Of a DNA stretch of 64,000 nt, positions 19,472-29,695 are shown piece by piece. Source of the stretch: Syntrophobacterales bacterium (GTDB lineage: Bacteria > Desulfobacterota > Desulfobaccia > Desulfobaccales > 0-14-0-80-60-11); the NCBI GenBank assembly GCA_023512475.1, contig JAILZL010000008.1, positions 5,784 through 69,783 on the forward strand. The letters are read 5' to 3'. The notes below the pieces were generated by a model, which worked only from the letters and a program-made list of their open reading frames with translations, was not told the DNA's origin and did no database searches. The stretch's first letter is position 1. Every line of letters begins with the position of its first letter. The translations under genes were made by a program, and so were the position numbers.

Positions 19472-20884
19472 CTACAGCACGGCTCGTACCGCGGCCCGGG
19501 CCAGTTCCATGATGCTGTTGGGGGCCACCCCGAAATACAAGATAGTGGCGCACAGGGCGTAATTCAAGGCCCGCATGGGCGGGGAAAGATAGATGGGAGG
19601 CAGTTTGGCGTCCACAAAATAGGCGGCGTACACCACCCGCAGGTAGAAGTAGAGGGACAGGGTGCCATTCACCGCGCCGATGAGGACCAGCCAGAAGTAG
19701 CCCTGGTTCATGGCGCTGGTGAAAAGGAAGAGCTTGCCGGTGAAACCGATGGAGGGGGGCACGCCCGCCAGGGCGAAGATGCCCAGGATGAGGCTCATGG
19801 ACAAAAGCGGGCTGCGGTGATAGAGCCCCGCCAGCTCGGCGATTTTCAGGTCCCGGCCGTCCTGGGCCACCTGGGTGAGCACCATGAAGACGGTGAAGTT
19901 CATCACCAGGTAGGCCAGGGCGTAGTAGATGGAGCTGGCCAGCCCGGTCTCCTGCAGGGTGAGGATGCCGATGAGGACGTAGCCGGCGTGGGCGATGCTG
20001 GAGTAGGCCAGCATGCGTTTGAAGTCCTTCTGGATGATGGCCACCAGGTTCCCCAGGGTCATGGAGATGATGGAGAGAAAGACCAGGATCTGGGTGAAGT
20101 GATAGCCATACTGGGCGCCCAGAACCGCCAGGCGGATGAGCAGGGCCACCGCCGCGGCCTTGGAGGCGGTGGCGATGAAGGTGACCACCTGGTGGGCACC
20201 GCCCTGGTAAACGTCCGGGGCCCAGAAGTGGAAGGGAAAGATGCTGAGCTTGAAGAAAAAGCCCGCCATGGCCAGGATCAGGCCCACCACCCCGATGGGG
20301 CTGGCCACGAGCTCCGGCATGCGGGCCATGATGTCCGATAGATAGGTGGAGTGGGTGGCGCCGAAGATGTAGCTCAGACCGAAGAGCATGAAGCAGCTGG
20401 AGACGGCGCCGAAGAAGAGGTACTTGACGCCCGCCTCCACGTCAATGTCATCCCCCCGGCGCAGGGGTACCAGGATGTAGAGGGAGTAGGAGGACAGCTC
20501 CAGGGCCACATAAATGGTGAGGAGCTCCACGGCGCTCACCAGCATCATCATGCCGACGGTGCAGGTGGTGAGGAAGAGATAGAACTCGGCGTGGTTGCGC
20601 TCCTCAATGCTGGGGAGGTTCCGGGAGATGGCCAGCACCAGGAAGAGACCCAGGGCCAGGGCGAGCTTGAAGATCTGGCTGAAGAGGTCCACCCGGTAGG
20701 AGCGAAAGAAGAGCTCTCCCTGCTGGGTGAGACAGAGCAGGGCCACCACCACTCCCACGGTGGAGAGGGTGAAGGCGATGCGGTGATCCTGGGCGGCTTG
20801 GGGCTCCCGCCTCAAGGTGAGAAAGAACAGCACCAGGGCCATCACCAGATAATAGAGTTCCACTCCGAACTGTAGCACGCTCAT
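19472..20884 (-). CDS. nuoN: NADH-quinone oxidoreductase subunit N
   Basis: 470 aa polytopic antiporter-like subunit. Last gene of the nuo operon. Confidence 0.9.
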   Translation of the reverse strand: MSVLQFGVELYYLVMALVLFFLTLRREPQAAQDHRIAFTLSTVGVVVALLCLTQQGELFFRSYRVDLFSQIFKLALALGLFLVLAISRNLPSIEERNHAEFYLFLTTCTVGMMMLVSAVELLTIYVALELSSYSLYILVPLRRGDDIDVEAGVKYLFFGAVSSCFMLFGLSYIFGATHSTYLSDIMARMPELVASPIGVVGLILAMAGFFFKLSIFPFHFWAPDVYQGGAHQVVTFIATASKAAAVALLIRLAVLGAQYGYHFTQILVFLSIISMTLGNLVAIIQKDFKRMLAYSSIAHAGYVLIGILTLQETGLASSIYYALAYLVMNFTVFMVLTQVAQDGRDLKIAELAGLYHRSPLLSMSLILGIFALAGVPPSIGFTGKLFLFTSAMNQGYFWLVLIGAVNGTLSLYFYLRVVYAAYFVDAKLPPIYLSPPMRALNYALCATILYFGVAPNSIMELARAAVRAVL

Positions 20885-20886
20885 GG

Positions 20887-22359
20887 TTACAATCCCTGGA
20901 TGAAGGGTACGATGGAGGTCTTAATCAAACCCAACATGTACTGGGGGAAGATGCCGAAAAACACCAAAAAGCCGATGAGGATCATGCGGGGCAGCCCCAG
21001 GAAGGGACTGACATCCTCAAAATGCTCGAACTTGGGGTTGGGTTCGTTGTAGAAGGTGGTCTGCACCACCCGGAGGGCGAAGAGGGCCCCCACCACCAGG
21101 GCGGCGATGGCTAACAGACCCCGGAGGGGGAAGACCTTGACCGCGGCCACCATCACCAACAGCTCCGCCCAGAAGCTGGCCATGCCCGGGACGCCGGCGC
21201 CGCACAGAGCGGCGGTGATGAAGAAGGCGCTGGCCACCGGCATGATGCGGGAGAAGCCTCCCAGTTCGTGGATCTCCCGGGTGTGGGTGCGGTCGTAGAT
21301 GAAGCCCACGGCGGAGAAGAAGAGGGCGGTCATGACCCCGTGGGCGAACATCTGGAAGACGGCGCCGTTGAGGCCGTCCACCGTGCCGGTGGCCAGCCCC
21401 AAAGAGACGATGCCCATGTGGGACACGGAGGAATACCCGATGACGTATTTCAGGTCGGTCTGGGCCAGCCCCACGAAGACGCCATAGACGATGCCGATGG
21501 CGGCCAGGAGCGCCATGAACTGGGCCCAGTACTGGAAGCCCAGGGGGCACAGATACATGGCCACCCGCAGGATGGCAAAAGAGCCCAGCTTCATGAGCAC
21601 GCCGGCGTGGAGCATACTCACCGCGGTGGGCGCCGCTACGTGGCCCACGGGAGACCAGGTGTGGAACGGCCAGACCGCGGCCAGGACCCCGAAGCCCAAA
21701 AACAGGAGCACAAAGGCGATATTCTGGATCCAGGGCGAGAAGGGCACGCCGTGAAGTTTCAGCATGTCAAAGGTGAACAGCCCGGAGCTGGAATAGAGGA
21801 GGAGCATGCCCGGGATGATCAGGCCGCTGCCCGCCATGAGGTAGAGGGTGAGCTTCATGGCGGCGTAGATGCGGCGGGTGGAGCCCCACACCAGGATGAG
21901 GACGTACATGGGCACCACCGCAATCTCATAGAAGAGGAAGAAGAAAAAGAGGTCATAGGACATGAAGACGCCGAAGACCCCGGTGACCAGCGCCAGCTGG
22001 AAGATGAAGTATTCCTTCACCCGGGTCTGGAGCTCCCACATGGTCAGGACACCGGTGAAGATCACGATGCCCGTGAGGAGGAGCAGCGGCGCGTTCATGC
22101 CCTCCACCCCGACGAAGTAGGAGATGCCGAAGGCCTCCACCCAGGGGTATTTCTCCACGAACTGGATGCCGCCCAGCTGCTTGTCGTAGCCGGCGAAGGT
22201 ATAAATGGACAGGGCGAAACTGATGCCCGCGGCCACCAGGGCCACCGCCCGGATCAGGAACCGCTGCTCCTCTTTCAGGCACAGGAGGATGGCGATGCCC
22301 ACCACCGGGGAAAGCAGCATGCAGGTGAGAACCGGAAAAGAAGCTGGATGCTCGGCCAT
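20887..22359 (-). CDS. nuoM: NADH-quinone oxidoreductase subunit M
   Basis: 490 aa antiporter-like subunit (WSPVGHVAAPTAVSMLHAGVLMKLG). Confidence 0.9.
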   Translation of the reverse strand: MAEHPASFPVLTCMLLSPVVGIAILLCLKEEQRFLIRAVALVAAGISFALSIYTFAGYDKQLGGIQFVEKYPWVEAFGISYFVGVEGMNAPLLLLTGIVIFTGVLTMWELQTRVKEYFIFQLALVTGVFGVFMSYDLFFFFLFYEIAVVPMYVLILVWGSTRRIYAAMKLTLYLMAGSGLIIPGMLLLYSSSGLFTFDMLKLHGVPFSPWIQNIAFVLLFLGFGVLAAVWPFHTWSPVGHVAAPTAVSMLHAGVLMKLGSFAILRVAMYLCPLGFQYWAQFMALLAAIGIVYGVFVGLAQTDLKYVIGYSSVSHMGIVSLGLATGTVDGLNGAVFQMFAHGVMTALFFSAVGFIYDRTHTREIHELGGFSRIMPVASAFFITAALCGAGVPGMASFWAELLVMVAAVKVFPLRGLLAIAALVVGALFALRVVQTTFYNEPNPKFEHFEDVSPFLGLPRMILIGFLVFFGIFPQYMLGLIKTSIVPFIQGL

Positions 22360-22360
22360 A

Positions 22361-24328
22361 TCAGCGACCCATGAGGAGATAGATCCCGACGCCTGCCAGG
22401 ACGAGGACCATGAAGAGCAGGTTGAGCTGCAACAGGGCGGTCTGGAGGAAGCTTAAGAAGCGGCCGCTGCCGATGCAGCCCAGGGCCACGGCGTCCACGC
22501 CGCCGTCCACCACCCGCCGGTCGTTATAGGTGAAGGTTTTGGAAAAGAGGTTGTAGATCACGGCATTGAGGAACCAGCGCCAGAAGTGATCCATGTACCA
22601 CTTCTGGATGAAGAAGTGCTCCAGGGCCGGTACCTTGCTCAGGAAGCCCTCCCAGGAGGCGCCCTTCCGGCCCCAGTCCCACCAGGCCAGGCCGATGCCG
22701 GCCAGGGCCAGGCCCACCGCCAGCACCAACAGCAGGTAATTCATCTCGTGGGGGTGGGATTCCCCCAACAGGAAACGCTCCAGGGTGCCCTGGAGGAAGC
22801 CCAGGACCAGGGTGACCCCCGCCAGGATGATGAGGGGCAAATTGATGGCCCACTCCGGGGCGTGGCCGCTAAAGGGCCCGGCCCCGTGACCGTGGCCGTG
22901 GGCCTCCTCTTCCTCGTGCCCATGGCCGTGGCCATGCCCGCCCGCCAGGGGCTCATGGTACTTGTCCCAGGCCGGGTGGTCCTCCGGCCGGGGGAAGAGG
23001 AGGACGAAGATCACCCGGAAGGTGTAGTAGGCCGTGAGGAAGGCGCCCAGAAGCCCGATGCTTACCCAGAGCTTGTTGTCCAGGTGCCAGAGGTTCCCCA
23101 GGATGAGCTCCTTGCTGAAGAAGCCGGAGAAGGGGAAGATGCCCGCCAGGGCCAGGGCGCCGATGGTGACGGTGACCATGGGGATGGTGAGGTGGCGGGC
23201 GCCGCCCTTGCTCATCATGAAGAAGCTGTTGGTGCCGTAGTGGTGGATGAAGGCGCCGGCGCACAGAAAGAGGAGGGCCTTGAAGCCCGCATGGGTGGTG
23301 AGGTGAAAGTAGCCGGCGAAGAGCGTGCCGTGGGCCAGCCCCGCGGCTGCCAACCCCATGGCCATCATGGCCAGCTGGCTGATGGTGGAGTAGGCCCAGA
23401 CCTGCTTGATGTCCCGGGCCACCATGCCCACGGTGGAGGACAGCACATAGGTGAGGCTGGCCACCGCCAGGATGTAGGTCATGGCCGGGGGGGAGGCGGC
23501 GAAGAAGGGAAAGAGGCGGGTCAGCAGATACACGCCCGCGGCCACCATGGTGGCGGAGTGCAGCAGGGCCGAGACCGGGGTGGGACCCTCCATGGCGTCG
23601 GGGAGCCACACATGGATGGGGAACTGGGCGCTCTTGCCGCAGATGCCGCCGAAGATGAGGAGGGCGCAGGTGGTGAGGAGCCAGGGCTCCATCTTCTGGG
23701 CCACCGCCGCGGCGTTGATGGCGGCGATATCCAGGGAGCCGTAGAAGATCACCAGGATGGCCAGGCCCATGAAGAAGAAGATGTCGCCGAAGCGGGTGAC
23801 CACAAAGGCCTTCTTGCCGGCCTCGGAGGCGGAGAATTTCTCATACCAGAAGCCGATGAGGAGATAGGAGGCCAGCCCCACCAGCTCCCAGCAGATGAAG
23901 AGCTGCAACAGCCCGCTGGAGATGACCAGCCCCAGCATGGCCATGGCGAAGAGGGAGAGATCGGCGTAGTAGCGGCCGAAGCCCGGATCCCCCCACATGT
24001 AGCCGATGGAGTAGATCTGGATGAGGAAGCTGATGGTGGCCACCAGCACCAGCATGAGCTGGCTCACCGGATCCAGCAGGAAGCCGAAGGGGACCCGCAC
24101 CAGGTCCGAGACCAGCCAGTCCACGTTGAGGACCAGGGGCGTGGGGTCCCCCCAGCGCTGCCAGAAGATGTACCAGGCGATGATGAGGCAGGCGGTGGAG
24201 GCCGCGAGGGAAATCCCCAGGGACAAAAACGGCCGCCGCCAGGTGAAGATCATGATGCCGCCGAAGGCCAGAAGCGGCAGAATGACGCAGGCGGCACACA
24301 GGACAAATAAGGGATCGAGCGCCGGCAT
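22361..24328 (-). CDS. nuoL: NADH-quinone oxidoreductase subunit L
   Basis: 655 aa antiporter-like subunit with a His/Gly/Glu-rich loop (GGHGHGHGHEEEEAHGHGHG) and a C-terminal lateral-helix region. Confidence 0.9.
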   Translation of the reverse strand: MPALDPLFVLCAACVILPLLAFGGIMIFTWRRPFLSLGISLAASTACLIIAWYIFWQRWGDPTPLVLNVDWLVSDLVRVPFGFLLDPVSQLMLVLVATISFLIQIYSIGYMWGDPGFGRYYADLSLFAMAMLGLVISSGLLQLFICWELVGLASYLLIGFWYEKFSASEAGKKAFVVTRFGDIFFFMGLAILVIFYGSLDIAAINAAAVAQKMEPWLLTTCALLIFGGICGKSAQFPIHVWLPDAMEGPTPVSALLHSATMVAAGVYLLTRLFPFFAASPPAMTYILAVASLTYVLSSTVGMVARDIKQVWAYSTISQLAMMAMGLAAAGLAHGTLFAGYFHLTTHAGFKALLFLCAGAFIHHYGTNSFFMMSKGGARHLTIPMVTVTIGALALAGIFPFSGFFSKELILGNLWHLDNKLWVSIGLLGAFLTAYYTFRVIFVLLFPRPEDHPAWDKYHEPLAGGHGHGHGHEEEEAHGHGHGAGPFSGHAPEWAINLPLIILAGVTLVLGFLQGTLERFLLGESHPHEMNYLLLVLAVGLALAGIGLAWWDWGRKGASWEGFLSKVPALEHFFIQKWYMDHFWRWFLNAVIYNLFSKTFTYNDRRVVDGGVDAVALGCIGSGRFLSFLQTALLQLNLLFMVLVLAGVGIYLLMGR

Positions 24329-24330
24329 GC

Positions 24331-24648
24331 CTAACCCCTCAGCTCGTTAGCTTGTTCAATATTGATGGACTTGAGTTTTCGGTACAGGGCCACGATGATG
24401 CTCAGGGCGATGGCGGCTTCGGCCGCGGCCACCGCCATGATGAACAGGGCCACGATCTGGCCCACGGCCGGGTGCGGCGCCAGGAAGCGGTTGAAGGCCA
24501 TGAAATTGAGGCTGGCGGCGTTGAGCATCAACTCCACGGAGATGAGCACCGCGATGAGGTTGCGCCGGGAGAGCACCCCATAAAGGCCCAGACAGAAGAG
24601 GATGACGGCCAGATAGAGATAGGTGTGCAGCTGATTGAAGGCAGGCAT
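24331..24648 (-). CDS. nuoK: NADH-quinone oxidoreductase subunit K
   Basis: 105 aa, 3 TM. SVELMLNAASLNFMAF and AAAEAAIALSIIV motifs. Confidence 0.9.
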   Translation of the reverse strand: MPAFNQLHTYLYLAVILFCLGLYGVLSRRNLIAVLISVELMLNAASLNFMAFNRFLAPHPAVGQIVALFIMAVAAAEAAIALSIIVALYRKLKSINIEQANELRG

Positions 24649-24662
24649 CCGGCATCCCCCTT

Positions 24663-25172
24663 TCAGGCGCTGCCCCGGCCGCCCCGGGCGGTGACGATGG
24701 CGCCCAGCATGGCCACCAGCAGAAGCAGCGAGATGAGTTCAAAGATGACCACATACTGATTGAGGAGGTAGTGGCCGATGGTGGTGATGGACCAGTCATT
24801 CACCCGCTCCGCCGCCGGAGTCCAGAGGGTCTGGCGGGTGAGGAGCCCCAGGAAGATGAAGACCAGCCCGGCCCCGAAGGCGGCCCCCTGGATCTTTAAG
24901 GGGTTGCGGGGCGGCGCCGGAAGGTACAGGGGCTGGGAGAGCATGATGGCAAAGCAGATGGCGATGGTGATGGCGCCCACATAGATGAGGATCTGCATCA
25001 AGGCCACGAAGGGGCTGTTGAGATAGAGGAACAGCCCGGCCACGCCGATGAGGGAGAGGGCCAGCCCCAGGACGTTGTGGAAGATGTTCCGGGCGGCCAC
25101 GGCGATGACCGCGCCCACCACCGTGGCGGCCACCACCAGATAAAAGCTCAGGCTGGCGATGAGCAGGCTCAT
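24663..25172 (-). CDS. nuoJ: NADH-quinone oxidoreductase subunit J
   Basis: ORF 24663..25478 trimmed to ATG 25172 (MSLLIASLSFYLVVAATVVGAV...). The upstream part of the ORF is nuoI read out of frame. Confidence 0.85.
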   Translation of the reverse strand: MSLLIASLSFYLVVAATVVGAVIAVAARNIFHNVLGLALSLIGVAGLFLYLNSPFVALMQILIYVGAITIAICFAIMLSQPLYLPAPPRNPLKIQGAAFGAGLVFIFLGLLTRQTLWTPAAERVNDWSITTIGHYLLNQYVVIFELISLLLLVAMLGAIVTARGGRGSA

Positions 25173-25795
25173 GTCTTCTCCTCCTCCGCCGGGGTGGCCG
25201 GGGTTTCGGGTTCCCCGGGGGCGGCGGCGGTCTCGGCTGCCGGGGGGATCTCCGCCTTTTTGGCCGCCGCCTTGGGCTTGGCCGGCTTGGGCTTGGCCTC
25301 CGCTTCGCCCTCGGCCTCCGGCTGGGGTTCGGGGATGGGGGTCACCGGCCAGCCCAGGCGCCGCTGTTGGGCCTGCATGCGGGCGAAGACGTCGATGACC
25401 GCATCCTCCCGGGAGTAGCCCGCCAGGCGGTACTCCTTGGAGAACTGGAGCGCCTGGGTGGGGCAGACCTCCACGCACAGGCCGCAGAGACTGCAGAGGT
25501 GGTATTCGATGACATACTTGCTGGGGAGCTTCTTCTTCCCCACCTTCACCCCCTCCAGATGAATGAGCTGGGAAGGGCAGGTGCGGGAGCAGAGCTCACA
25601 GGCGATGCAGCGGTGCGTTTTGGTCTCCGGGTCCAGGACGAACTCGGTGTGCCCCCGGTAGGCCGGGCTCATCTGGAGCTTTTCCCGGGGATACTGCACC
25701 GTGACGATGGGCTTGACGAAGTAGCGGATGGTGACGCCCATGCCGGCCAGCAGGCTGTAAAACCCCGTCAGAATCTCTTTCACGTAACTGGTCAT
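25169..25795 (-). CDS. nuoI: NADH-quinone oxidoreductase subunit I (2x[4Fe-4S]) with Pro/Glu/Ala/Lys-rich C-terminal tail
   Basis: CIACELCSRTCP and CSLCGLCVEVCP ferredoxin motifs. About 60-aa low-complexity tail. Confidence 0.9.
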   Translation of the reverse strand: MTSYVKEILTGFYSLLAGMGVTIRYFVKPIVTVQYPREKLQMSPAYRGHTEFVLDPETKTHRCIACELCSRTCPSQLIHLEGVKVGKKKLPSKYVIEYHLCSLCGLCVEVCPTQALQFSKEYRLAGYSREDAVIDVFARMQAQQRRLGWPVTPIPEPQPEAEGEAEAKPKPAKPKAAAKKAEIPPAAETAAAPGEPETPATPAEEEKT

Positions 25796-25831
25796 AGGTC
25801 AGGACACCTTACCTCAGGGCACTCATGCCGG

Positions 25832-26800
25832 TTACACCAGTTTCAGGACAAAAGCGGTGATGATGAGGTTCGCCAGGGACAGGGGGATGAGGATCTTCCA
25901 CGACAGGGTGATGAGCTGGTCGAAACGCACCCGGGGGAAGGTCCAGCGGAACCACATGATGAGAAAGATGATGGCGTAGACCTTGATGAGAAACCAGATC
26001 ACACCGGGAAGGAAGGGCCCCCGCCAGCCGCCCAGGAAGAAGATGGTGGCCAGGGCCGCCACAATGAACATGTTGGTGTACTCCGCCAGAAAGAAGAGGG
26101 CGAAGCGCATGCCGGAATATTCGGTGTGGAAGCCGGCCACCAGCTCGGATTCGGCCTCCGGCAGGTCAAAGGGGGCCCGGTTGGTCTCGGCGGTGGCGCA
26201 GATGATGTAAAGGATGAAGGCCACCGGCTGCACCAGGATGAACCACACCCGGCTCTGGGCCGCCACGATGTCCGTCAGCCGGAAGGAGCCCACCATGAGG
26301 ATGACGCTCATCAGGGTGATGAGGAGGGGGATCTCATAGGCGACGTTCTGGGCCACGGAACGGATGGCCCCGAAGACGGCGTATTTGTTGTTGGAGGCCC
26401 AGCCGGCCATGAGGATGGCCAGCACCGTGAGGGCCGCAAAGGAGAGGATAAGGAGCACCCCCACGTTCATGTCCCGGATGATGAGGTTCTGGGAGAAGGG
26501 GATCACCAGAAAGGAGACCAGCACCGGGAGGAAGATGACGATGGGCGCGGCCAGATACACCGGCCGGTCCACCTCCCGGGGGGTGATGAGCTCCTTGCCC
26601 AGCAGCTTCAGGGCGTCGGCGATGGTCTGGATGGCCCCGTGCCAGCCCACCTCCATGGGGCCGGGCCTAAGCTGCATGTGGGCCGAGACCTTGCGCTCCA
26701 TCCAGATGAGGAAGAGGGCGTTCACCGCCACCAGGGCCATGACCCCGATGAGCCCGGCGATCATGCCGAAAATACTTACACTTTGCACTGTGGTCGCCAT
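25832..26800 (-). CDS. nuoH: NADH-quinone oxidoreductase subunit H
   Basis: 322 aa. [14 protein letters not shown] and [20 protein letters not shown] motifs. Confidence 0.95.
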   Translation of the reverse strand: MATTVQSVSIFGMIAGLIGVMALVAVNALFLIWMERKVSAHMQLRPGPMEVGWHGAIQTIADALKLLGKELITPREVDRPVYLAAPIVIFLPVLVSFLVIPFSQNLIIRDMNVGVLLILSFAALTVLAILMAGWASNNKYAVFGAIRSVAQNVAYEIPLLITLMSVILMVGSFRLTDIVAAQSRVWFILVQPVAFILYIICATAETNRAPFDLPEAESELVAGFHTEYSGMRFALFFLAEYTNMFIVAALATIFFLGGWRGPFLPGVIWFLIKVYAIIFLIMWFRWTFPRVRFDQLITLSWKILIPLSLANLIITAFVLKLV

Positions 26801-26824
26801 AGAGTCAGCCTGTCGTCCGGTTCG

Positions 26825-27937
26825 CTAACGGTCAATTTCCGGCACCACCACGTCAATGGAGCCCAGGATGGCCACCAGGTCGGCCACCAGGGTGTCCACC
26901 GCAATCTCCGGCAGGATGCTGAGATTGCCAAAGGAGGGCACCCTCAGCTTCAGGCGGTACGGGGCGGTCTCCCCCTGGCTGACCAGGAAGATGCCGAACT
27001 CACCCCGGGCGGCCTCCACCGCCACGTAGACCTCGCCCGGGGCGGGTTTGATGCGCTTGGGCACCTTCTCCGCCATGATGGGGCCGGCGGGGATCCTGTC
27101 CACCGCCTGCTCGATGATGCGCAGGCTCTGCTCCATCTCCCGGTAGCGCACCATGTAGCGGTCATACACGTCGCCGGTGCTGCCCACGGGAATCTCAAAG
27201 TCAAAGAGGGGGTAGACGGAGTAGGGCTCGCACTTGCGGATGTCGTAGGGGATGCCGCTTCCCCGCACCATGGGGCCGGTGAGGCCGTATTGGACGCACT
27301 GCTCCGGGGTGATGATGCCGATCCCCTTGGTGCGCTCCAGGAAGATGACGTTTTTGTTCACCAGGTTTTCATAGTCCCGGTAGCGGCTGCGCAGGCGCCG
27401 GGCGAAGGCCTTGCAGCCGGCCAGGAAATCGTCATCCACATCCCGGGGCACGCCGCCGAAACGGTAGTAGCAGTAGGTGAGGCGGGAGCCGGTGACCCGG
27501 TCCAGGAGGTCCAGGATATTCTCCCGGTCGTCGAAGCAGTAGAGAAAGGGGGTGAAGGCGCCCAGGTCCAACAGGTAGGCGCCGATCCAGAGGAGATGGC
27601 TGGCGATGCGGTTGAGCTCGCAGGTGATGACCCGGATGAATTCCGCCCGCTCCGGCACCTTGAGCTCCAGGAGCTTCTCCACCGCCATGCAGTAGCACTG
27701 GTTGTAGGCCAGGGCGTGGAGGTAGTCCACCCGGCCCAGGTTGGGGAGGAACTGCAGGTAGGTGCGGTTCTCCGCCATGTGCTCGTGGCCCCGGTGGCCG
27801 TAACCGATGTCGGGGTCGGCCTTGACGATGAATTCCCCCTCCATCTGCAGCTCCACCCGCAGCACCCCGTGGGTGCTGGGATGCTGGGGGCCCAGATTCA
27901 GGACGTAATATTTTTCTTCCAATCCACGCTCAAGCAT
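26825..27937 (-). CDS. nuoD: NADH-quinone oxidoreductase subunit D
   Basis: ORF 26825..28054 trimmed to ATG 27937 ([27 protein letters not shown]...). Overlaps the nuoC stop by 8 nt. Confidence 0.9.
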   Translation of the reverse strand: MLERGLEEKYYVLNLGPQHPSTHGVLRVELQMEGEFIVKADPDIGYGHRGHEHMAENRTYLQFLPNLGRVDYLHALAYNQCYCMAVEKLLELKVPERAEFIRVITCELNRIASHLLWIGAYLLDLGAFTPFLYCFDDRENILDLLDRVTGSRLTYCYYRFGGVPRDVDDDFLAGCKAFARRLRSRYRDYENLVNKNVIFLERTKGIGIITPEQCVQYGLTGPMVRGSGIPYDIRKCEPYSVYPLFDFEIPVGSTGDVYDRYMVRYREMEQSLRIIEQAVDRIPAGPIMAEKVPKRIKPAPGEVYVAVEAARGEFGIFLVSQGETAPYRLKLRVPSFGNLSILPEIAVDTLVADLVAILGSIDVVVPEIDR

Positions 27938-28382
27938 CGGCCGGGGTCTCGCTGGGGGCAAATTTTTTCCGCAGGGGATGGAAGTCGGCCTCAAAGGGCA
28001 GCAGGATGCGCCGCAGATCCGGGTGGCCGGCGAAGGTGAGGCCGAAGAGGTCATAGACCTCCCGCTCGTACCAGTTGGCGCCGGGGTAGATGTGGCTGAT
28101 GGTGGGCGCCGCCGCCTCCTTGGGGACGCGGGCGTGCACCACCGTGCGGCACAGCTCCCGGAAATGGTTGAAGTGATAGACCAAGGTGAAGTGCTCCGGG
28201 AAGTCCACCGCGGTGAGGGACTCGAGGAAGCAGCCCTGCTCCAGCATCACGCGGGCCACCTCGGGCATCTGGGCCGGGGCGGCTTCCACCTCCAGGTGAC
28301 AGCCGGACTTGTGATACTCCCCCGGGGCCACCTTGGCCAGATTCAGGCGCCCCAGGGCCTGGGTGAGATCATTGAGCAACAT
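27930..28382 (-). CDS. nuoC: NADH-quinone oxidoreductase subunit C
   Basis: 150 aa. [27 protein letters not shown] signature. Confidence 0.9.
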   Translation of the reverse strand: MLLNDLTQALGRLNLAKVAPGEYHKSGCHLEVEAAPAQMPEVARVMLEQGCFLESLTAVDFPEHFTLVYHFNHFRELCRTVVHARVPKEAAAPTISHIYPGANWYEREVYDLFGLTFAGHPDLRRILLPFEADFHPLRKKFAPSETPADA

Positions 28383-28887
28383 CGCGGAATTTCCTTAAGC
28401 GGCCGCGGCCGGTGATCTTCTCCTCCAGCAGGAGGATGCCCTCGATGAGGCCCTCCGGCCGGGGCGGGCAGCCCGGCACATAGACATCCACCGGGATGAG
28501 GAGGTCGGCGCCGGGGACGATGGCGTACATGTCGGGGTAATAGAAGGGGCCGCCGGAGATGGCGCAGTTGCCCATGGCGATGACCCATTTGGGCGCGGGC
28601 ATCTGCTCATAGAGGCGCACCACCGCGGGGCCCATCTTCTTGGAGATGGTGCCCGCCACGATCATGAGGTCGCACTGCCGGGGGGAGGGGCGGAAGACCC
28701 CGGCCCCGAAGCGGTCCAGATCGAAGCGGGCGGCGCCCGCGGCCATCATTTCGATGGCACAGCAGGCCAAGCCAAAGGTCATGGGCCACAGGGAGTTGGC
28801 CCGGGCCAGATTCAGGGCCTCTTCCAGGACCCCGAGATGGATCAGAGGTTCTCCGGTTTTCGTTTCCAAGTGAAGACCCCCCTGCAC
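28369..28887 (-). CDS. nuoB: NADH-quinone oxidoreductase subunit B
   Basis: [17 protein letters not shown]...GNCAISGG...VPGCPPRPE (N2 cluster ligands). Confidence 0.95.
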   Translation of the reverse strand: MQGGLHLETKTGEPLIHLGVLEEALNLARANSLWPMTFGLACCAIEMMAAGAARFDLDRFGAGVFRPSPRQCDLMIVAGTISKKMGPAVVRLYEQMPAPKWVIAMGNCAISGGPFYYPDMYAIVPGADLLIPVDVYVPGCPPRPEGLIEGILLLEEKITGRGRLRKFRDVAQ

Positions 28888-29252
28888 CAGGCATAGACAA
28901 TCACCAGGGAGAGAATGCCGATGAAGATGGTGATTTCAATGAAATCCCGCCAGACGTAGCCCTTGCCGTAGGCCAGCAGCACCGGGAAGAGGAAGAGCAC
29001 GTCCACATCGAAGGCCAGAAAGAGCAGAGCGAAGAGGTAGTAGATGACCGCCACCTGCACCCAGGCGCCGCCGAGGATGGGCATGCCGCACTCGTAGATC
29101 TCATCCCGGGCGGCTCCGAAACTTCTGGGGGCGATGAAGTGGGCGATGACCAGGGGGCCCAGGGCGAAGAGGGCCGCGGCCACCAGAAAGACCAGTACGT
29201 AGGAGAAATCCGTCAGGGCCTCAGGGATCTCCAAGTGACACCCCTTGTGCAA
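28842..29252 (-). CDS. nuoA: NADH-quinone oxidoreductase subunit A
   Basis: 3-TM protein with YECGMP and [10 protein letters not shown] motifs. TTG start at 29252. An alternative TTG at 29234 has the better SD (AAGGGG). Confidence 0.85.
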   Translation of the reverse strand: MHKGCHLEIPEALTDFSYVLVFLVAAALFALGPLVIAHFIAPRSFGAARDEIYECGMPILGGAWVQVAVIYYLFALLFLAFDVDVLFLFPVLLAYGKGYVWRDFIEITIFIGILSLVIVYAWCRGVFTWKRKPENL

Positions 29253-29273
29253 TATAGTACAAATGGCTGCCGC

Positions 29274-29304
29274 ATTATATACCCCGGCTGGCGATTTATC
29301 TCAA
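29274..29304 (-). promoter_or_regulatory. sigma-70-type promoter of the nuo operon (TTGAGA-17-TATATAAT)
   Basis: Minus strand reads cTTGAGAtaaatcgccagccggggTATATAATg. The -35 is at 29299-29304 and the -10 at 29274-29281. Confidence 0.55.
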
Positions 29305-29695
29305 GAAATTTTTCACAAAAAATTCTCCCTTGCCGATGAGGATGGGTGGGGGGTATAAGGGGAAAGCGGCCCGGTCGCCGGAGCGGCCGGAGTGGGAACG
29401 GCCCCGGCGGCGAAGGACGCGGGCGGCGGATCCGGGGCCCTGCCCCAGCGACCCCGGCTGCAGAACGGGGCGGGGTGAAAACCTGCCCGGTTCTGCTGGG
29501 TTTACCCGACGGCCGAGCCCCAGGGGGGTCGGCGGCCCGCCGGAGGTGCGCCCCTTGAGCAGCCCTGGCGGCGAAGGGCCCGGAGCCGGGGCGGCGGGGC
29601 GGCCTTGGCTTGGCGAAGGCATCCGGCCCCAGGGGCGGGACCCTGTCCCGGCGGGACGCAGGCCGGCGGCGCCGATCATCTTATCCGGAGGAGAC

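Noticed and set aside
25255-25330. Short tandem DNA repeats (cttgggcttggcc x2, gcctc repeats) as a possible repeat array
   Set aside because: They lie inside the nuoI reading frame and simply encode the AKPKPAKPK/EAEGEAEA low-complexity tail. There is no spacer-repeat periodicity, and no CRISPR-like array exists anywhere in the window.
25367-28039. 890-aa plus-strand ORF, with similar ORFs at 21268-22374 and 22586-24310 (+)
   Set aside because: They are antisense to nuoI/H/D and to nuoM and nuoL. The translations are dominated by G/H/D/E/A/P runs, whereas the nuo frames carry the family motifs.
29330-29695. N-terminal 122-aa extension of the creatininase ORF (and similar extensions of ORFs starting at 961, 5609, 17403, 25478(-), 28054(-), 57315(-) and 59751)
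   Set aside because: The extensions are Arg/Gly/Pro-rich or overlap the preceding gene out of frame. In each case an internal start with an SD gives the canonical family N-terminus, so the ORFs were trimmed.
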